From positions 1 through 64,000 of the forward strand of contig JBJOKS010000008.1 in the NCBI GenBank assembly GCA_046045965.1: a DNA stretch of 64,000 nt, given 5' to 3'. The notes under the pieces are model-generated. The model worked only from the letters and a program-made list of their open reading frames with translations. It was not told the DNA's origin and searched no databases. The translations under genes and the position numbers were made by a program. Source of the stretch: Cyanobacteriota bacterium. Its GTDB lineage: Bacteria; Cyanobacteriota; Cyanobacteriia; Cyanobacteriales; Nostocaceae. Shown in pieces: positions 9,892-20,391 of this stretch (position 1 is the first letter of the stretch; each line of letters starts with the position of its first letter).

Positions 9892-9905
9892 GTATCACTG
9901 AATAC
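9892..9905. promoter_or_regulatory. Candidate NtcA box (GTA-N8-TAC)
   Basis: GTAtcactgaaTAC, about 40 bp upstream of the LysR start. Confidence 0.5.
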
Positions 9906-9950
9906 TAACAAAATATGTGGCGACACACATACCAAGTTATAAGTCTAATT

Positions 9951-9966
9951 ATAGATAAAAGTCTAT
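9951..9966. promoter_or_regulatory. Candidate NdhR/CmpR-type LysR operator (ATAG-N8-CTAT)
   Basis: ATAGataaaagtCTAT upstream of the LysR gene. Confidence 0.6.
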
Positions 9967-10095
9967 CCTCGTTATCAGAAGTGTGGTATTGGACTTATGG
10001 GATTGAGAAGTTATGATCAAAACAACACAAAACTAAAGATGCCTTCCAACCCAAGATGAATGCTGAGTATTAAATAATTTATTATTTAGAATTCA

Positions 10096-10890
10096 TCATT
10101 CATCGTTCCATAATTCTTCTTTAACTTTTACAGGCAATTGGGCTAAATCGGGTAACTCCACTGCTACCGCATCCACAATCTTATCCTTGATATTCAAGGG
10201 TATATTGATTGCTTGACGTTCCTCTACCCAGCAACTAGCTACAGGCAAGGTTAGCTCCATTTCATCCAATGGTCGAGGAATCACCATTACCGCGTTCAAT
10301 TCCCCAATGCGTTCTGCTTCAAACATTCCCGCTTCCACTGCTACGGCAACATTAGCTACAGAACCGCGAATAATAGCTGTACACAAACCAGCACCAATTT
10401 TTTCATAAGCTGCTAAATGAACATCAGCAGATTTGAGCATGGCATCACAAGCGCCTACCATTGCGGGAAAACCCCGTGTTTCTACTAAACCAATTGCTTG
10501 ATTACTCAATTGGCTATAATTGCCTTCCTCCATCAATTTACTGATACGGGTGGTAATTGGTAGCACAATATCAAGGTTGGGATAAGGTCGGGGAATCACC
10601 AAACTAGAAACCAACTGACCAAATTGTTCAGCAGTTTGTACACCAGCTTCTACAGCCAGACGCACATCAGCGATACCACCCCGGACAATTGCTGTACAGT
10701 GACCGCTACCAATTTTTTCATAGCCAACTAAGTGGACTCCAGCCGACTTTAACATCATGTCAGCTGTTCCAACAATAGCCGGGAAACTGAGGGTCGATAC
10801 TAAACCCAAGGCCGTATCTTTGAAGTTGTCTCGGTGACGGTGACGTGATGGCTGGATAGTGGTAATAGACCGTTGATTAGATGTTTCCAT
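10096..10890 (-). CDS. ccmO: Carboxysome shell protein CcmO (tandem BMC domains)
   Basis: Two BMC domains (ADMMLKSAGV..., DAMLKSADV...); likely start ATG at 10890. Confidence 0.93.
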   Translation of the reverse strand: METSNQRSITTIQPSRHRHRDNFKDTALGLVSTLSFPAIVGTADMMLKSAGVHLVGYEKIGSGHCTAIVRGGIADVRLAVEAGVQTAEQFGQLVSSLVIPRPYPNLDIVLPITTRISKLMEEGNYSQLSNQAIGLVETRGFPAMVGACDAMLKSADVHLAAYEKIGAGLCTAIIRGSVANVAVAVEAGMFEAERIGELNAVMVIPRPLDEMELTLPVASCWVEERQAINIPLNIKDKIVDAVAVELPDLAQLPVKVKEELWNDE

Positions 10891-10939
10891 CGTGAATTCT
10901 CCAGGATACTCGCAAAGAAAGACAACTAACAATTAACAC

Positions 10940-11722
10940 TTACTCTGAGAAATTGTCAGAGTTTTCGTCACTCAGGGATTGCCGATGGGGAAACAATGTG
11001 GTTAACAGTCTGTTAATGCTTCCTTGTCCATATATCTGTGTCCCAAAAGTATTACGGGTTTCAGAGTTTGCTGGACTGGTTTCGGATTCCTGAGAGTTAG
11101 TTTCTGGAGAACCTGGGAGATTTGTTTCTGTCGGGGTGGAGTCAGTAACCAGGGGTGTTTCTGCAACTGGTGGTGACTGGCTTTTAGGGGTAGGAGAAGA
11201 TGGAGGTGCGGAAGTAGATTGTTGTTTAAAATCTATAAATGCCGCAGCAGAGAATTGAGTTGACGTAATTACCTTTTCTTCTGGTGGTGGTTCTGGAGAA
11301 TTTGTCGCAGTAGTATTTGTGGTATCTGTGGCAGTTTGTACTTCCGATTGAGTTTGATGTTGATCAATTTGCCGACTTCTATCTCCCAGAATTGAACCTG
11401 CTGGTACTACTTGCTCTGGTGCGACGGAACAGTTAAACACTGTCGTAGCAGCACCAATACAAGCATTCGCCCCAATTTTGCCTTGGCCAACCATCAAAAA
11501 GCCGGCTCCCAGGTTTGCTCCTGCTTCTATTTCTAGGATACCCTCATTGACCTGGAGAATTGACCCCATGCCAATACATACTCCAGGACCAATAATAATT
11601 TTACTGTTGGCAGATGCTTGGAGTATTACTCCTGGTGCTATCACCGCGCTCTTATGAATATTAACCTCGCCACTAATACACGTATCAAAATTGTCGCTGA
11701 GGCGAAGCAACGGCACAGACAT
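10940..11722 (-). CDS. ccmN: Carboxysome assembly protein CcmN
   Basis: Hexapeptide repeats, Pro/Thr linker, C-terminal encapsulation peptide IYGQGSINRLLTTLFPHR. Confidence 0.93.
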   Translation of the reverse strand: MSVPLLRLSDNFDTCISGEVNIHKSAVIAPGVILQASANSKIIIGPGVCIGMGSILQVNEGILEIEAGANLGAGFLMVGQGKIGANACIGAATTVFNCSVAPEQVVPAGSILGDRSRQIDQHQTQSEVQTATDTTNTTATNSPEPPPEEKVITSTQFSAAAFIDFKQQSTSAPPSSPTPKSQSPPVAETPLVTDSTPTETNLPGSPETNSQESETSPANSETRNTFGTQIYGQGSINRLLTTLFPHRQSLSDENSDNFSE

Positions 11723-11776
11723 GGAATTTATTACCTCGGAAGCCGGAAAATATGAATATTGAAATTTAAGCTGAGA

Positions 11777-11893
11777 TGGGGATTGGGGACTGGGGACTGG
11801 GGACTGGGGACCCTTGACTGGGGACTGGGGACTGGGGATTTTACCCTTCTTCCCTATCTCTTGCCTCCTGCCTCCTGCCTCCTGCCTCCTGCC
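11777..11893. repeat. STRR heptamer arrays (GGGGACT)n and (TGCCTCC)n
   Basis: Direct reading between ccmM and ccmN. Confidence 0.9.
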
Positions 11894-11896
11894 TTA

Positions 11897-13552
11897 CTAT
11901 GGACGTTGGATAATTGCTTCCAACACGCGGCGTTTAGCTGCGGGGTCGATTCCAATTAAACGCACGTATTCACCTGCATATTCAGAGATGATAGCTTCTA
12001 AGGCAGCGATCGCATCTCTTTCTGTTCTCGCTTCAATTTGTCCTGCACTTGCCCAAGTTCCTGTACGGAAACGGCGCTGGTCTACGTGTTCAACGCTAAT
12101 CTTAAACCCACCTGTTAACAACTGTCTCAGTTGGTCTACTACTTCTGCACTCAAGCGTGTGTTGGTTGCGGTTGCAGTTGCAGTTCCACCACCAGAAGAA
12201 GCTACTGCTGTTTTGGTACTACCAGAAGATACTACTTGACCGTTGGGACGTTGAATGATGGTTTCTAATACGCGACGTTTAGCTTTGCTGTCAATGCCGA
12301 TTAAACGTACATATTCCCCTTGATGAGAAACCATACATTCTTCTAAAGCCGCTACCACCTCACTAGCTGAAGTTGTTTCAATGGGTTGACAGCTTTCCCA
12401 AGTACCTGTACGAAAACGACGCTCATTTACGTGTTCTGTGCCAATTTTGTAACCATTAGCCAAAAGCTGGCGAATTTGGTTAATAGTTTCCGCACTGAGA
12501 CTACCACTAGCAACAGCACCATTACCATTACCATTACCGTTGCCGTTGTAGCTGCTGTAAGATGTAGCAGCAGGAGCTTTAAAGCTGGTTGTGCTTGTAG
12601 CTACCACACCATCGGGACGTTGAATGATGGTTTCTAATACGCGTTTTCTGCCGTTGTCAATACCAAACAAACGCACGTACTCACCACTATGGTCTATTAA
12701 ACAAGATTCTAACGCGGCGATCGCCGCTCCCAAAGACCTGGTTTCAATGGGCTGGCAGCTTTGCCAAGAACCTGTGCGGAAACGTCTTTGATCTACGTGT
12801 TCAGTGCCTATTTTATAACCTTGTTCTAGTAGATAGCGCACCTGCTCTACTGTTTCTGCACCCAATTTGCTTGCCACTTCACTACTCCTGTCCAATTCTT
12901 CAACTGTAATACTTGTATAAGATTTCGCTAACTCATCCCGAATCGGGGCAATACACTTAAGATCCTCTGCACAGCGATAACCAGACCGCAAAGCCTGGTT
13001 AATCCCCACAACGTGGTGAGCAAATTGCTGATCCTGAGCTTGTACGTCTGGCAACCGATCAGCTTGCTGCTGTGTAGTAATTATTGAACCAGAAGCTACG
13101 TATTTACCTGGGGGAATTTCTACATCTTGTATTAATGCGTGCATCATGACGATGCAACCTGCTCCTACTCTGGCATTAAAGACAGTGGAGCGAAAGCCTA
13201 TAAAGCAACTATCCCCTACATAAGCTGGTCCATGAATGAGCGCCATGTGGGTAATAGAAGCATCTTTACCAACCCATACTGAGTAGTTTTTGCCATCATC
13301 ACCAATTACTCGGCCTTGCTCCAACCCATGAATGACTACACCATCTTGAATATTAGTATTTTCACCAATAAAAAAAGGTGTTCCTTCATCTGCTCTAATC
13401 GAAGTTCCTGGAGCAATAATCACATTCTGACCCAGGTGTACATCCCCAATTAAGTTACAAGAAGAATGTACAAATGCGGTTTTATGGATATCGGGTTCAG
13501 CTAAACTCCTTGACCACGGGGTTGGGGGTGCCGCCGTGCTGCGGACTGCCAT
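11897..13552 (-). CDS. ccmM: Carboxysome protein CcmM (gamma-CA domain plus three RbcS-like domains)
   Basis: [26 protein letters not shown]; three EHVD/N..RFRTG.W...RVLE.IIQRP repeats. Confidence 0.97.
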   Translation of the reverse strand: MAVRSTAAPPTPWSRSLAEPDIHKTAFVHSSCNLIGDVHLGQNVIIAPGTSIRADEGTPFFIGENTNIQDGVVIHGLEQGRVIGDDGKNYSVWVGKDASITHMALIHGPAYVGDSCFIGFRSTVFNARVGAGCIVMMHALIQDVEIPPGKYVASGSIITTQQQADRLPDVQAQDQQFAHHVVGINQALRSGYRCAEDLKCIAPIRDELAKSYTSITVEELDRSSEVASKLGAETVEQVRYLLEQGYKIGTEHVDQRRFRTGSWQSCQPIETRSLGAAIAALESCLIDHSGEYVRLFGIDNGRKRVLETIIQRPDGVVATSTTSFKAPAATSYSSYNGNGNGNGNGAVASGSLSAETINQIRQLLANGYKIGTEHVNERRFRTGTWESCQPIETTSASEVVAALEECMVSHQGEYVRLIGIDSKAKRRVLETIIQRPNGQVVSSGSTKTAVASSGGGTATATATNTRLSAEVVDQLRQLLTGGFKISVEHVDQRRFRTGTWASAGQIEARTERDAIAALEAIISEYAGEYVRLIGIDPAAKRRVLEAIIQRP

Positions 13553-13579
13553 CGCGAGATTCCTCCTGAAATATGCTTT

Positions 13580-13664
13580 TTGTCAGTTGCCAGTTGTCAG
13601 TTGCCAGTTGTCAGTGTTATCAAAAACCAATGACTAATGACTAATGACTAATGACTAATGACTA
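13580..13664. repeat. STRR heptamer arrays (TGYCAGT)n and (AATGACT)n
   Basis: Direct reading. Confidence 0.9.
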
Positions 13665-13665
13665 T

Positions 13666-13965
13666 CTAAAATTGGTCTTTTTTGCTGTAAATGAGGCGAT
13701 CTTCCACGTAAATGGTATCTATTATCGCCACCACTGCTGCATCTAACGGACGTTGTTCATTGCCAAGAACTTGACGAGCGGCACTGCCACGACTGACAAG
13801 CACCCACTCATCTACTCCTGCTCCCACAATATCGGCTGCTACCTCATATTCTGGCAGGAGTTTTCCGTCTTCATCTACTAATTGCAACAGCAGTAGTTTG
13901 ACACCTCTAAGACTGGGATCTTTTTGCGTGCTAACTACTGTGCCACGAACTTTGGCAATTTGCAT
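13666..13965 (-). CDS. ccmL: Carboxysome vertex protein CcmL
   Basis: MQIAKVRGTVVSTQK...GAGVDEWVLVSRGSAAR. Confidence 0.97.
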   Translation of the reverse strand: MQIAKVRGTVVSTQKDPSLRGVKLLLLQLVDEDGKLLPEYEVAADIVGAGVDEWVLVSRGSAARQVLGNEQRPLDAAVVAIIDTIYVEDRLIYSKKDQF

Positions 13966-13971
13966 TATAAA

Positions 13972-14316
13972 TTATGGTCTTCTACCAAAAGGACGAATGG
14001 CGTTTACACCTTCCCGGAATTGTTCTACATCTTCTGTATAACGAATTGGGAGAACGTATTCCAGGTTTTCGTGAGGACGAGCAATGATGTGAGTAGACAG
14101 GACTTGTCCACCGTTGACTCGCTTCACATTTTCAACTCCAGCTGCTACTGATGCTTGGACTTCGGAAACGTCACCGCGAACGATGACTGTCACCCGACCA
14201 CTACCTATTTTTTCATACCCTACTAAGGTAACGCGAGCAGCTTTCACCATCGCATCGGCAGCTTCTACTACTGCTGGAAAGCCCAGCGTTTCAACCATTC
14301 CCACTGCAATCGACAT
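13972..14316 (-). CDS. ccmK1: Carboxysome shell protein CcmK1 (C-terminal extension)
   Basis: BMC domain with an ~11-aa C-terminal extension. Confidence 0.9.
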   Translation of the reverse strand: MSIAVGMVETLGFPAVVEAADAMVKAARVTLVGYEKIGSGRVTVIVRGDVSEVQASVAAGVENVKRVNGGQVLSTHIIARPHENLEYVLPIRYTEDVEQFREGVNAIRPFGRRP

Positions 14317-14532
14317 TATTCTAAATCCTTAAATCAAGTTTTCCGATAGGTACAAGTTTGCACTCAAGCAACTATTCTCACAACTTGTAGAAAATCGTGA
14401 GTTCTCAAAGGGTGATCCTTTACATAAAGAAAGGCGTTCAAGGGCTAAACAGCAAGCCCTTTAAATCATAGCCCGTGGGCATTTGACTTGACTTTTAGTT
14501 TGACCCCGTTAATCACTTTTTTTAACCAGTTT

Positions 14533-14841
14533 TTAAGTGCGGAACTGTTCTACTGCTTCTGTATACCGAATTGGTAAGACATATTCTAGGTTTTCGTGGG
14601 GACGAGCAATGATGTGAGTCGATAAAACTTCACCACCATTTACTCTTCTGGCTGCGTCAACACCAGCTGCTACTGAAGCTTGGACTTCAGATACGTCACC
14701 CCGGACTATCACGGTAACACGCGCACTACCAATTTTTTCATATCCTACCAAAGTAACACGGGCTGCTTTCACCATCGCATCAGCAGCTTCTACTACTGCC
14801 GGAAAGCCTTTTGTCTCAATCATTCCAACTGCAATTGGCAT
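14533..14841 (-). CDS. ccmK2: Carboxysome shell protein CcmK2
   Basis: [29 protein letters not shown]...[10 protein letters not shown]. Confidence 0.92.
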   Translation of the reverse strand: MPIAVGMIETKGFPAVVEAADAMVKAARVTLVGYEKIGSARVTVIVRGDVSEVQASVAAGVDAARRVNGGEVLSTHIIARPHENLEYVLPIRYTEAVEQFRT

Positions 14842-15499
14842 CGCAGAACTCCTAAAAATTTAATACAATCTGTACTATGGATAGAAATTTTTGACGGGGA
14901 TGCTCATTGTGAGCCAAGCAAATACTTCTAAAATTAAGCATATGAAACCTTGGCATCCCTGGCAACATAAATTACTATAATAGTTTGTAATAAAATAGTT
15001 TTAAAAAACTTAACAAAACTTAATATACCCAAAAAATACATCAAAGTTTACGGTTTCCTAGAGCGGCCGCTTATGATTTATAATTTCTTTATTACTTTAG
15101 AAAATCACATTCATAACCAGGGCTAATCTTATCTAGTCAGGATTGATCACAGTCTGTATATTTTACAGTCTCAGTCTTTCCTATATTTCTGCTATCTGCA
15201 CAGGTATTAAATGAAAACCATATAAGTTTTTTAAATATAAAGTATAAACTTCTTTGGTCAAAACAGCAAGACAAATTTCCGATCAGAGGATTAGTACAGA
15301 TAAGTAAATGCTGTTAAATCTGTAAAGTTTATATTTAACTGCCATTGAATAGTGCAAGTTAAAGTAAAAATGCTGATGCAAGTTTTTTGGAGAAATAGTT
15401 AAGAAAAACCTGATTTTTCCCAAATTACCTTTTTTAAAGCCAAGGATTGTTTTTAGGGTGTTTAATAAACTAAAAGCTGATTCGTCAAGGAAAATGTAA

Positions 15500-17356
15500 A
15501 TGAATGATTTTCTCTTTTTCACAAGTTGGTTTGTACCTTTTTATAGCTTACTGGGGGCAATTTTAACCTTGCCTTGGGGCATAGGATTAATACAAAGGAC
15601 AGGACCTAGACCTGCTGCCTACTTCAACTTGCTGACGACCTTGTTAGCTTTTGTTCATAGCCTGTTTGTATTTCAAGATATCTGGAATAGAGATCCAGAA
15701 ACTTTAATAATTACTTGGTTCCAAGCCGCGGATTTTAAGTTAACCTTTGCGTTGGAATTGTCACCAGTGAGTATTGGAGCAATCGTTTTAATCACAGGAT
15801 TAAGTCTATTAGCCCAAATTTATGCCTTGGGTTACATGGAAAAAGACTGGTCGTTAGCCAGGTTTTTTGGGTTGCTGGGATTTTTTGAAGCTGCTTTGAC
15901 TGGCTTGGCAATTAGTGATTCTTTGTTTCTCAGTTATGCTTTGTTGGAAGTCCTCACCCTTTCCACTTACTTGCTGGTGGGTTTTTGGTATGCTCAACCG
16001 TTGGTAGTAACAGCAGCGCGGGATGCGTTTTTAACCAAGCGGGTGGGAGATTTATTATTATTGATGGGTGTTGTCACCCTTTCTACCCAAGCTGGTAGTT
16101 TGAATTTTTCTGATTTGTATGAGTGGGTGCAAAGTGCCAATTTAAGCCCATTGACATCAACATTACTAGGTATAGCATTGATTGCTGGTCCAGCGGGTAA
16201 ATGCGCTCAGTTTCCCCTGCATTTGTGGTTAGATGAAGCAATGGAAGGACCAAATCCCGCTTCTGTAATGCGTAACTCCTTGGTAGTAGCTGGTGGTGCT
16301 TATGTTTTGTACAAGATTCAACCAATCCTGGTCTTATCCCCAGTGGCGCTGAATGCTTTGGTAGTCATGGGTACAGTAACTGCGGTGGGAGCAACATTAG
16401 TATCAATTGCTCAGATTGATATTAAACGAGCTTTATCTCATTCCACCAGTGCCTATATGGGATTAGTGTTTTTGGCAGTGGGTTTAGAACAAGGTGGTGT
16501 GGCCTTGATGTTGCTGTTAACTCATGCGATCGCTAAAGCATTATTATTCATGAGTTCTGGCTCTATCATATATACTACCCAAAGTCAAGACTTGACAGAA
16601 ATGGGTGGCTTGTGGTCGCGGATGCCAGCTACTACCACCGCCTTTGTAGTTGGTTCAGCCGGAATGGTAACACTACTACCACTAGGAAGCTTTTGGGCTA
16701 TGTTGGCCTGGGCTGATGGCTTAGTGAAAGTTAGCCCTTGGGTAATTGCAGTTTTAGTTTTAGTCAATGGTTTGACAGCCTTGAATTTAACTAGGGTTTT
16801 CCGCCTCATATTCTGGGGAGAACCACAACAGAAAACACGCCGCGCCCCAGAAGTGGGTTGGCAAATGGCCTTCCCAATGGTGACTTTAACCATATTGACC
16901 CTATTATTACCCCTGATGCTTCAGCAATGGTACTTATTACCAAGCTGGGAAAGTATTGATTGGTACATATTAATATCTTTGTTTACTTCTACTGTATTAG
17001 GGGTGGGTATTGGCTCAACCATTTACCTGCACAAAGGTTGGTCAAGATCCACCATTCTGGCATGGAGATTTGTACAGGATTTGCTAGGTTATGATTTTTA
17101 CATTGACAAAGTTTATCGCCTCACCATAGTTAGTGCAGTAGCATTGTTGTCAAAGATTTCTGCTTGGTGCGATCGCTATCTAGTAGATGGTTTGGTGAAC
17201 TTAGTCGGCTTTGCTGCTATTTTCGGCGGACAAAGTTTAAAATACAGCATTTCCGGTCAATCCCAAGCTTATATGTTAACCATCCTCGTAGTGATCAGCG
17301 TCCTTGGTTTCTTCATTAGCTGGTCATTGGGTTTACTGGATAAATTGCCTTTTTAA
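15500..17356 (+). CDS. ndhF4: NDH-1 subunit F4 (CO2 uptake)
   Basis: RTGPRPAAY, KCAQFPLHLWLDEAMEGPNPAS; in an operon with ndhD and cupB. Confidence 0.88.
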   Translation: MNDFLFFTSWFVPFYSLLGAILTLPWGIGLIQRTGPRPAAYFNLLTTLLAFVHSLFVFQDIWNRDPETLIITWFQAADFKLTFALELSPVSIGAIVLITGLSLLAQIYALGYMEKDWSLARFFGLLGFFEAALTGLAISDSLFLSYALLEVLTLSTYLLVGFWYAQPLVVTAARDAFLTKRVGDLLLLMGVVTLSTQAGSLNFSDLYEWVQSANLSPLTSTLLGIALIAGPAGKCAQFPLHLWLDEAMEGPNPASVMRNSLVVAGGAYVLYKIQPILVLSPVALNALVVMGTVTAVGATLVSIAQIDIKRALSHSTSAYMGLVFLAVGLEQGGVALMLLLTHAIAKALLFMSSGSIIYTTQSQDLTEMGGLWSRMPATTTAFVVGSAGMVTLLPLGSFWAMLAWADGLVKVSPWVIAVLVLVNGLTALNLTRVFRLIFWGEPQQKTRRAPEVGWQMAFPMVTLTILTLLLPLMLQQWYLLPSWESIDWYILISLFTSTVLGVGIGSTIYLHKGWSRSTILAWRFVQDLLGYDFYIDKVYRLTIVSAVALLSKISAWCDRYLVDGLVNLVGFAAIFGGQSLKYSISGQSQAYMLTILVVISVLGFFISWSLGLLDKLPF

Positions 17357-17505
17357 ACTGGGGACTGGGGACTGGGGACTGGGGACTGGGAAGAATCACC
17401 TATTTACTATTCCATATTCCCAATGACCAATGACTAATGACCAATGACCAATGACTAATGACTAATGACTAATGACTAATGACTAATGACTAATGACTAA
17501 TGACA
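17357..17505. repeat. STRR arrays (CTGGGGA)n and (AATGACY)n
   Basis: Direct reading between ndhF4 and ndhD4. Confidence 0.92.
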
Positions 17506-17510
17506 AGCTT

Positions 17511-19013
17511 ATGATTCTGAGTACGTTGATTTTGCTGCCGTTACTGGGTGCAGCATTAATTGGTTTTTATCCCGCTGCTATCAGTGGTAAAATAGCCCGT
17601 AGAGTAGCGTTGGCTTTTGCGGTAATTATTTTCTTGTGGACAGTTTTCCTCACAATTAAATTTAATCCTGGGGAAGTCGGAATACAGTTTGCTGAATCTC
17701 TACCTTGGATAGATGCTTTAGGTTTGAACTATAATCTAGGCATAGATGGTTTATCCTTGCCATTACTTTTATTGAATGGACTTTTAACCTGTATTGCCAT
17801 CTACAGCAGCGATGAATCTCTTCAGCGTCCGAGATTTTATTACTCCTTAATCCTACTATTAAGTGCTGGGGTGATTGGAGCCTTTTTGGCACAGGATTTA
17901 TTATTATTTTTCCTGTTTTACGAGTTGGAATTGATTCCCCTATATCTACTAATTGCAATTTGGGGTGGTGCAAAAAGAGGTTATGCGGCTACGAAGTTTC
18001 TGATTTATACAGCAGTTTCGGGAATCTTAATTTTAGCCAGTTTCTTGGGCATGGTTTGGTTGAGTAATTCTCCCAGTTTTGGACTAGCAACCTTAAACAC
18101 TAGTCATCTATCTTTAGCGACACAACTATTACTATTAGTAGGAATTTTGGTAGGGTTTGGAATTAAAATCCCTCTTGTTCCCTTTCATACTTGGTTGCCA
18201 GATGCTCACGTCGAAGCTTCCACACCAATTTCTGTACTGTTAGCTGGGGTATTGTTGAAATTAGGAACTTACGGCTTACTGAGGTTTGGGATGAACTTGT
18301 TGCCTGAAGCTTGGGTATATGTAGCACCTTGGTTAGCAACATGGGCAGTAATTAGTGTGCTGTTTGGCGCTTCCTGTGCGATCGCTCAAACTGACATGAA
18401 AAAAATGGTAGCCTATAGTTCTATCGGACACATGGGCTATATTTTGTTAGCAGCAGCAGCAGCTACACCTTTAAGCGTTTTAGGTGCTGTAATGCAAATG
18501 ATCAGTCACGGCTTAATTTCCGCCCTCATGTTTCTGCTAGTAGGAGTTGTGTATAAAAAAGCTGGTAGCCGAGATTTAGAAGTGCTTCGGGGACTACTAA
18601 ACCCAGAACGAGGAATGCCGGTGATCGGCACATTGATGGTTTTAGGAGTCATGGCCAGCGCAGGTATACCAGGAATGGTAGGTTTTATTTCCGAATTCAT
18701 TATTTTTCGGGGTAGTTTTGCGGTTTTCCCAGTCCAAACCCTGATTTCAATGCTGGGTACAGGTTTAACTGCGGTTTACTTCCTAATTCTGCTCAATCGT
18801 GCCTTTTTTGGGCGTTTATCTGCACAAGTAATTAACTTGCCACGAGTTTATTGGAGCGATCGCATTCCTGCATTTATCTTAGCTGTGTTAATTGTGATTT
18901 TTGGTATCCAACCCTCTTGGTTAGTGCATTGGACCCAAGCAACAATTACAGCAATGGTAAATACACCCAGTTTAGTGGCAACTGTGCCAGTAGATAAAAC
19001 TGAGAAAAATTAA
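17511..19013 (+). CDS. ndhD4: NDH-1 subunit D4 (CO2 uptake)
   Basis: NuoM-like, KIPLVPFHTWLPDAHVEASTP; the upstream ATG at 17493 lies inside the repeat array, so 17511 is the more likely start. Confidence 0.88.
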   Translation: MILSTLILLPLLGAALIGFYPAAISGKIARRVALAFAVIIFLWTVFLTIKFNPGEVGIQFAESLPWIDALGLNYNLGIDGLSLPLLLLNGLLTCIAIYSSDESLQRPRFYYSLILLLSAGVIGAFLAQDLLLFFLFYELELIPLYLLIAIWGGAKRGYAATKFLIYTAVSGILILASFLGMVWLSNSPSFGLATLNTSHLSLATQLLLLVGILVGFGIKIPLVPFHTWLPDAHVEASTPISVLLAGVLLKLGTYGLLRFGMNLLPEAWVYVAPWLATWAVISVLFGASCAIAQTDMKKMVAYSSIGHMGYILLAAAAATPLSVLGAVMQMISHGLISALMFLLVGVVYKKAGSRDLEVLRGLLNPERGMPVIGTLMVLGVMASAGIPGMVGFISEFIIFRGSFAVFPVQTLISMLGTGLTAVYFLILLNRAFFGRLSAQVINLPRVYWSDRIPAFILAVLIVIFGIQPSWLVHWTQATITAMVNTPSLVATVPVDKTEKN

Positions 19014-19111
19014 AAGGTGTTAGGTTTGTAGTAGAGTTTTATTACTACTACCTCATCTTTAAACTTCTCTTGGTCAGACGTAATTATGTTTAATTTTCTG
19101 GAGAAATAGTA

Positions 19112-20242
19112 ATGCTTAATATGAAAAATAAACCTGTTAATCATCCCTTATCTGAATACATTCACCGTTTACAAACAGGGGAAGCTTTACTTAAAGATAG
19201 TCCCGAAAATGTTTTAGAAGTTGTCGGCATTCTCAAAAGTTATGGTGTAGTTTTAGATGCCTATTCTAAAAATCTAATTTATATTGCAGAACATCAATTT
19301 TTAGTAAATTTTCCCTTCTTTAAATATTTTGATGGAGAGATTTCTTTTCAGAAATTACTCCGGCATTGGTGGCATGATAGAATTAATTTTGAATATGCTG
19401 AATATTGCATGAAAACCATGATGTGGCATGGTGGTGGTGGGTTAGATACGTTTTTAGATAGTCAAGAATTTGCTGATAGATGCAAAGTTGTGATTAATGC
19501 TAAATTGAAAAACAATACCTTAATGTTAGGTATTAATCAACTGTTTCCTGATTTTTTAATTGAACAGTTGCGAGTATCTGCATATTACAGTGGTTTAGGC
19601 CAATTTTGGCGAGTCATGGCTGATATTTTCCTCAGCTTATCAGACCTTTATGATCAAGGAAAAATTACATCAATTCCTGAAGTTGTAGATCATATTAAAG
19701 CTGGTTTGGTTGCAGATGCTTTAAAACCTATTACCTACGATGTAAAAATTGGTGGTAAAGTTTATGATATTATTCCCAAATCAGTTGGTTTAACCTTTCT
19801 TGCAGATACAGCAATTCCTTATGTAGAAGCAGTATTTTTCCGGGGAACACCCTTTTTAGGAACTGTTTCTTTAAACGCTCAAGCATATCAAGTTCCCCCA
19901 GATCAGGCAAGATTCCAATATGGTGCATTATACGCCGATCCTTTACCTATAGGTGGTGCGGGTATTCCTCCGACTTTGTTAATGCAGGATATGCGCCATT
20001 ATTTACCAGAATATTTACATAGTATTTATCGTCGCAGTTTGCGTGGTGAAGATGATCTGCGAGTACAAATTTGTATGAGTTTCCAAAAGTCGATGTTTTG
20101 TGTCACCAGTGCTGCTATTTTAGGACTGATGCCTTATGCTTTGGATACTGAAGATTTATCCGAACAAAAAGCAAATCAGGTTTATTTAGAAAAATGGATG
20201 GACAGGTTAACAACTTCGCAAATATTGGAAGTTAATAAATAG
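19112..20242 (+). CDS. cupB: CO2 hydration protein CupB (ChpX)
   Basis: WHDRINFEYAEYC, GAGIPPTLLMQDMRHYLP; 376 aa (shorter than CupA). Confidence 0.9.
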   Translation: MLNMKNKPVNHPLSEYIHRLQTGEALLKDSPENVLEVVGILKSYGVVLDAYSKNLIYIAEHQFLVNFPFFKYFDGEISFQKLLRHWWHDRINFEYAEYCMKTMMWHGGGGLDTFLDSQEFADRCKVVINAKLKNNTLMLGINQLFPDFLIEQLRVSAYYSGLGQFWRVMADIFLSLSDLYDQGKITSIPEVVDHIKAGLVADALKPITYDVKIGGKVYDIIPKSVGLTFLADTAIPYVEAVFFRGTPFLGTVSLNAQAYQVPPDQARFQYGALYADPLPIGGAGIPPTLLMQDMRHYLPEYLHSIYRRSLRGEDDLRVQICMSFQKSMFCVTSAAILGLMPYALDTEDLSEQKANQVYLEKWMDRLTTSQILEVNK

Positions 20243-20391
20243 AATATAGTTTTAAAAATCAATTCAGAAGGAACTATTAACGGGCAACTATTAACAGGAA
20301 AAACTCATATTTCAAAACATGAGATTGAAATAATGACACTGTTTTTTTCGTTGCTATTCATCTCAAAAAACATCTTTTTTTGACTGAGCTT

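Noticed and set aside
11759..12239. Plus-strand ORFs with WGLGTGD/LLPPAS repeats
   Set aside because: These are translations of STRR repeats and the antisense of ccmM
15283..15522. 79-aa minus-strand ORF upstream of ndhF4
   Set aside because: Low-complexity AT-rich promoter DNA overlapping the ndhF4 start
17357..17505. Long tandem arrays as a possible CRISPR array
   Set aside because: These are 7-nt units with no unique spacers, i.e. ordinary STRRs. No CRISPR array or cas gene was seen in the window
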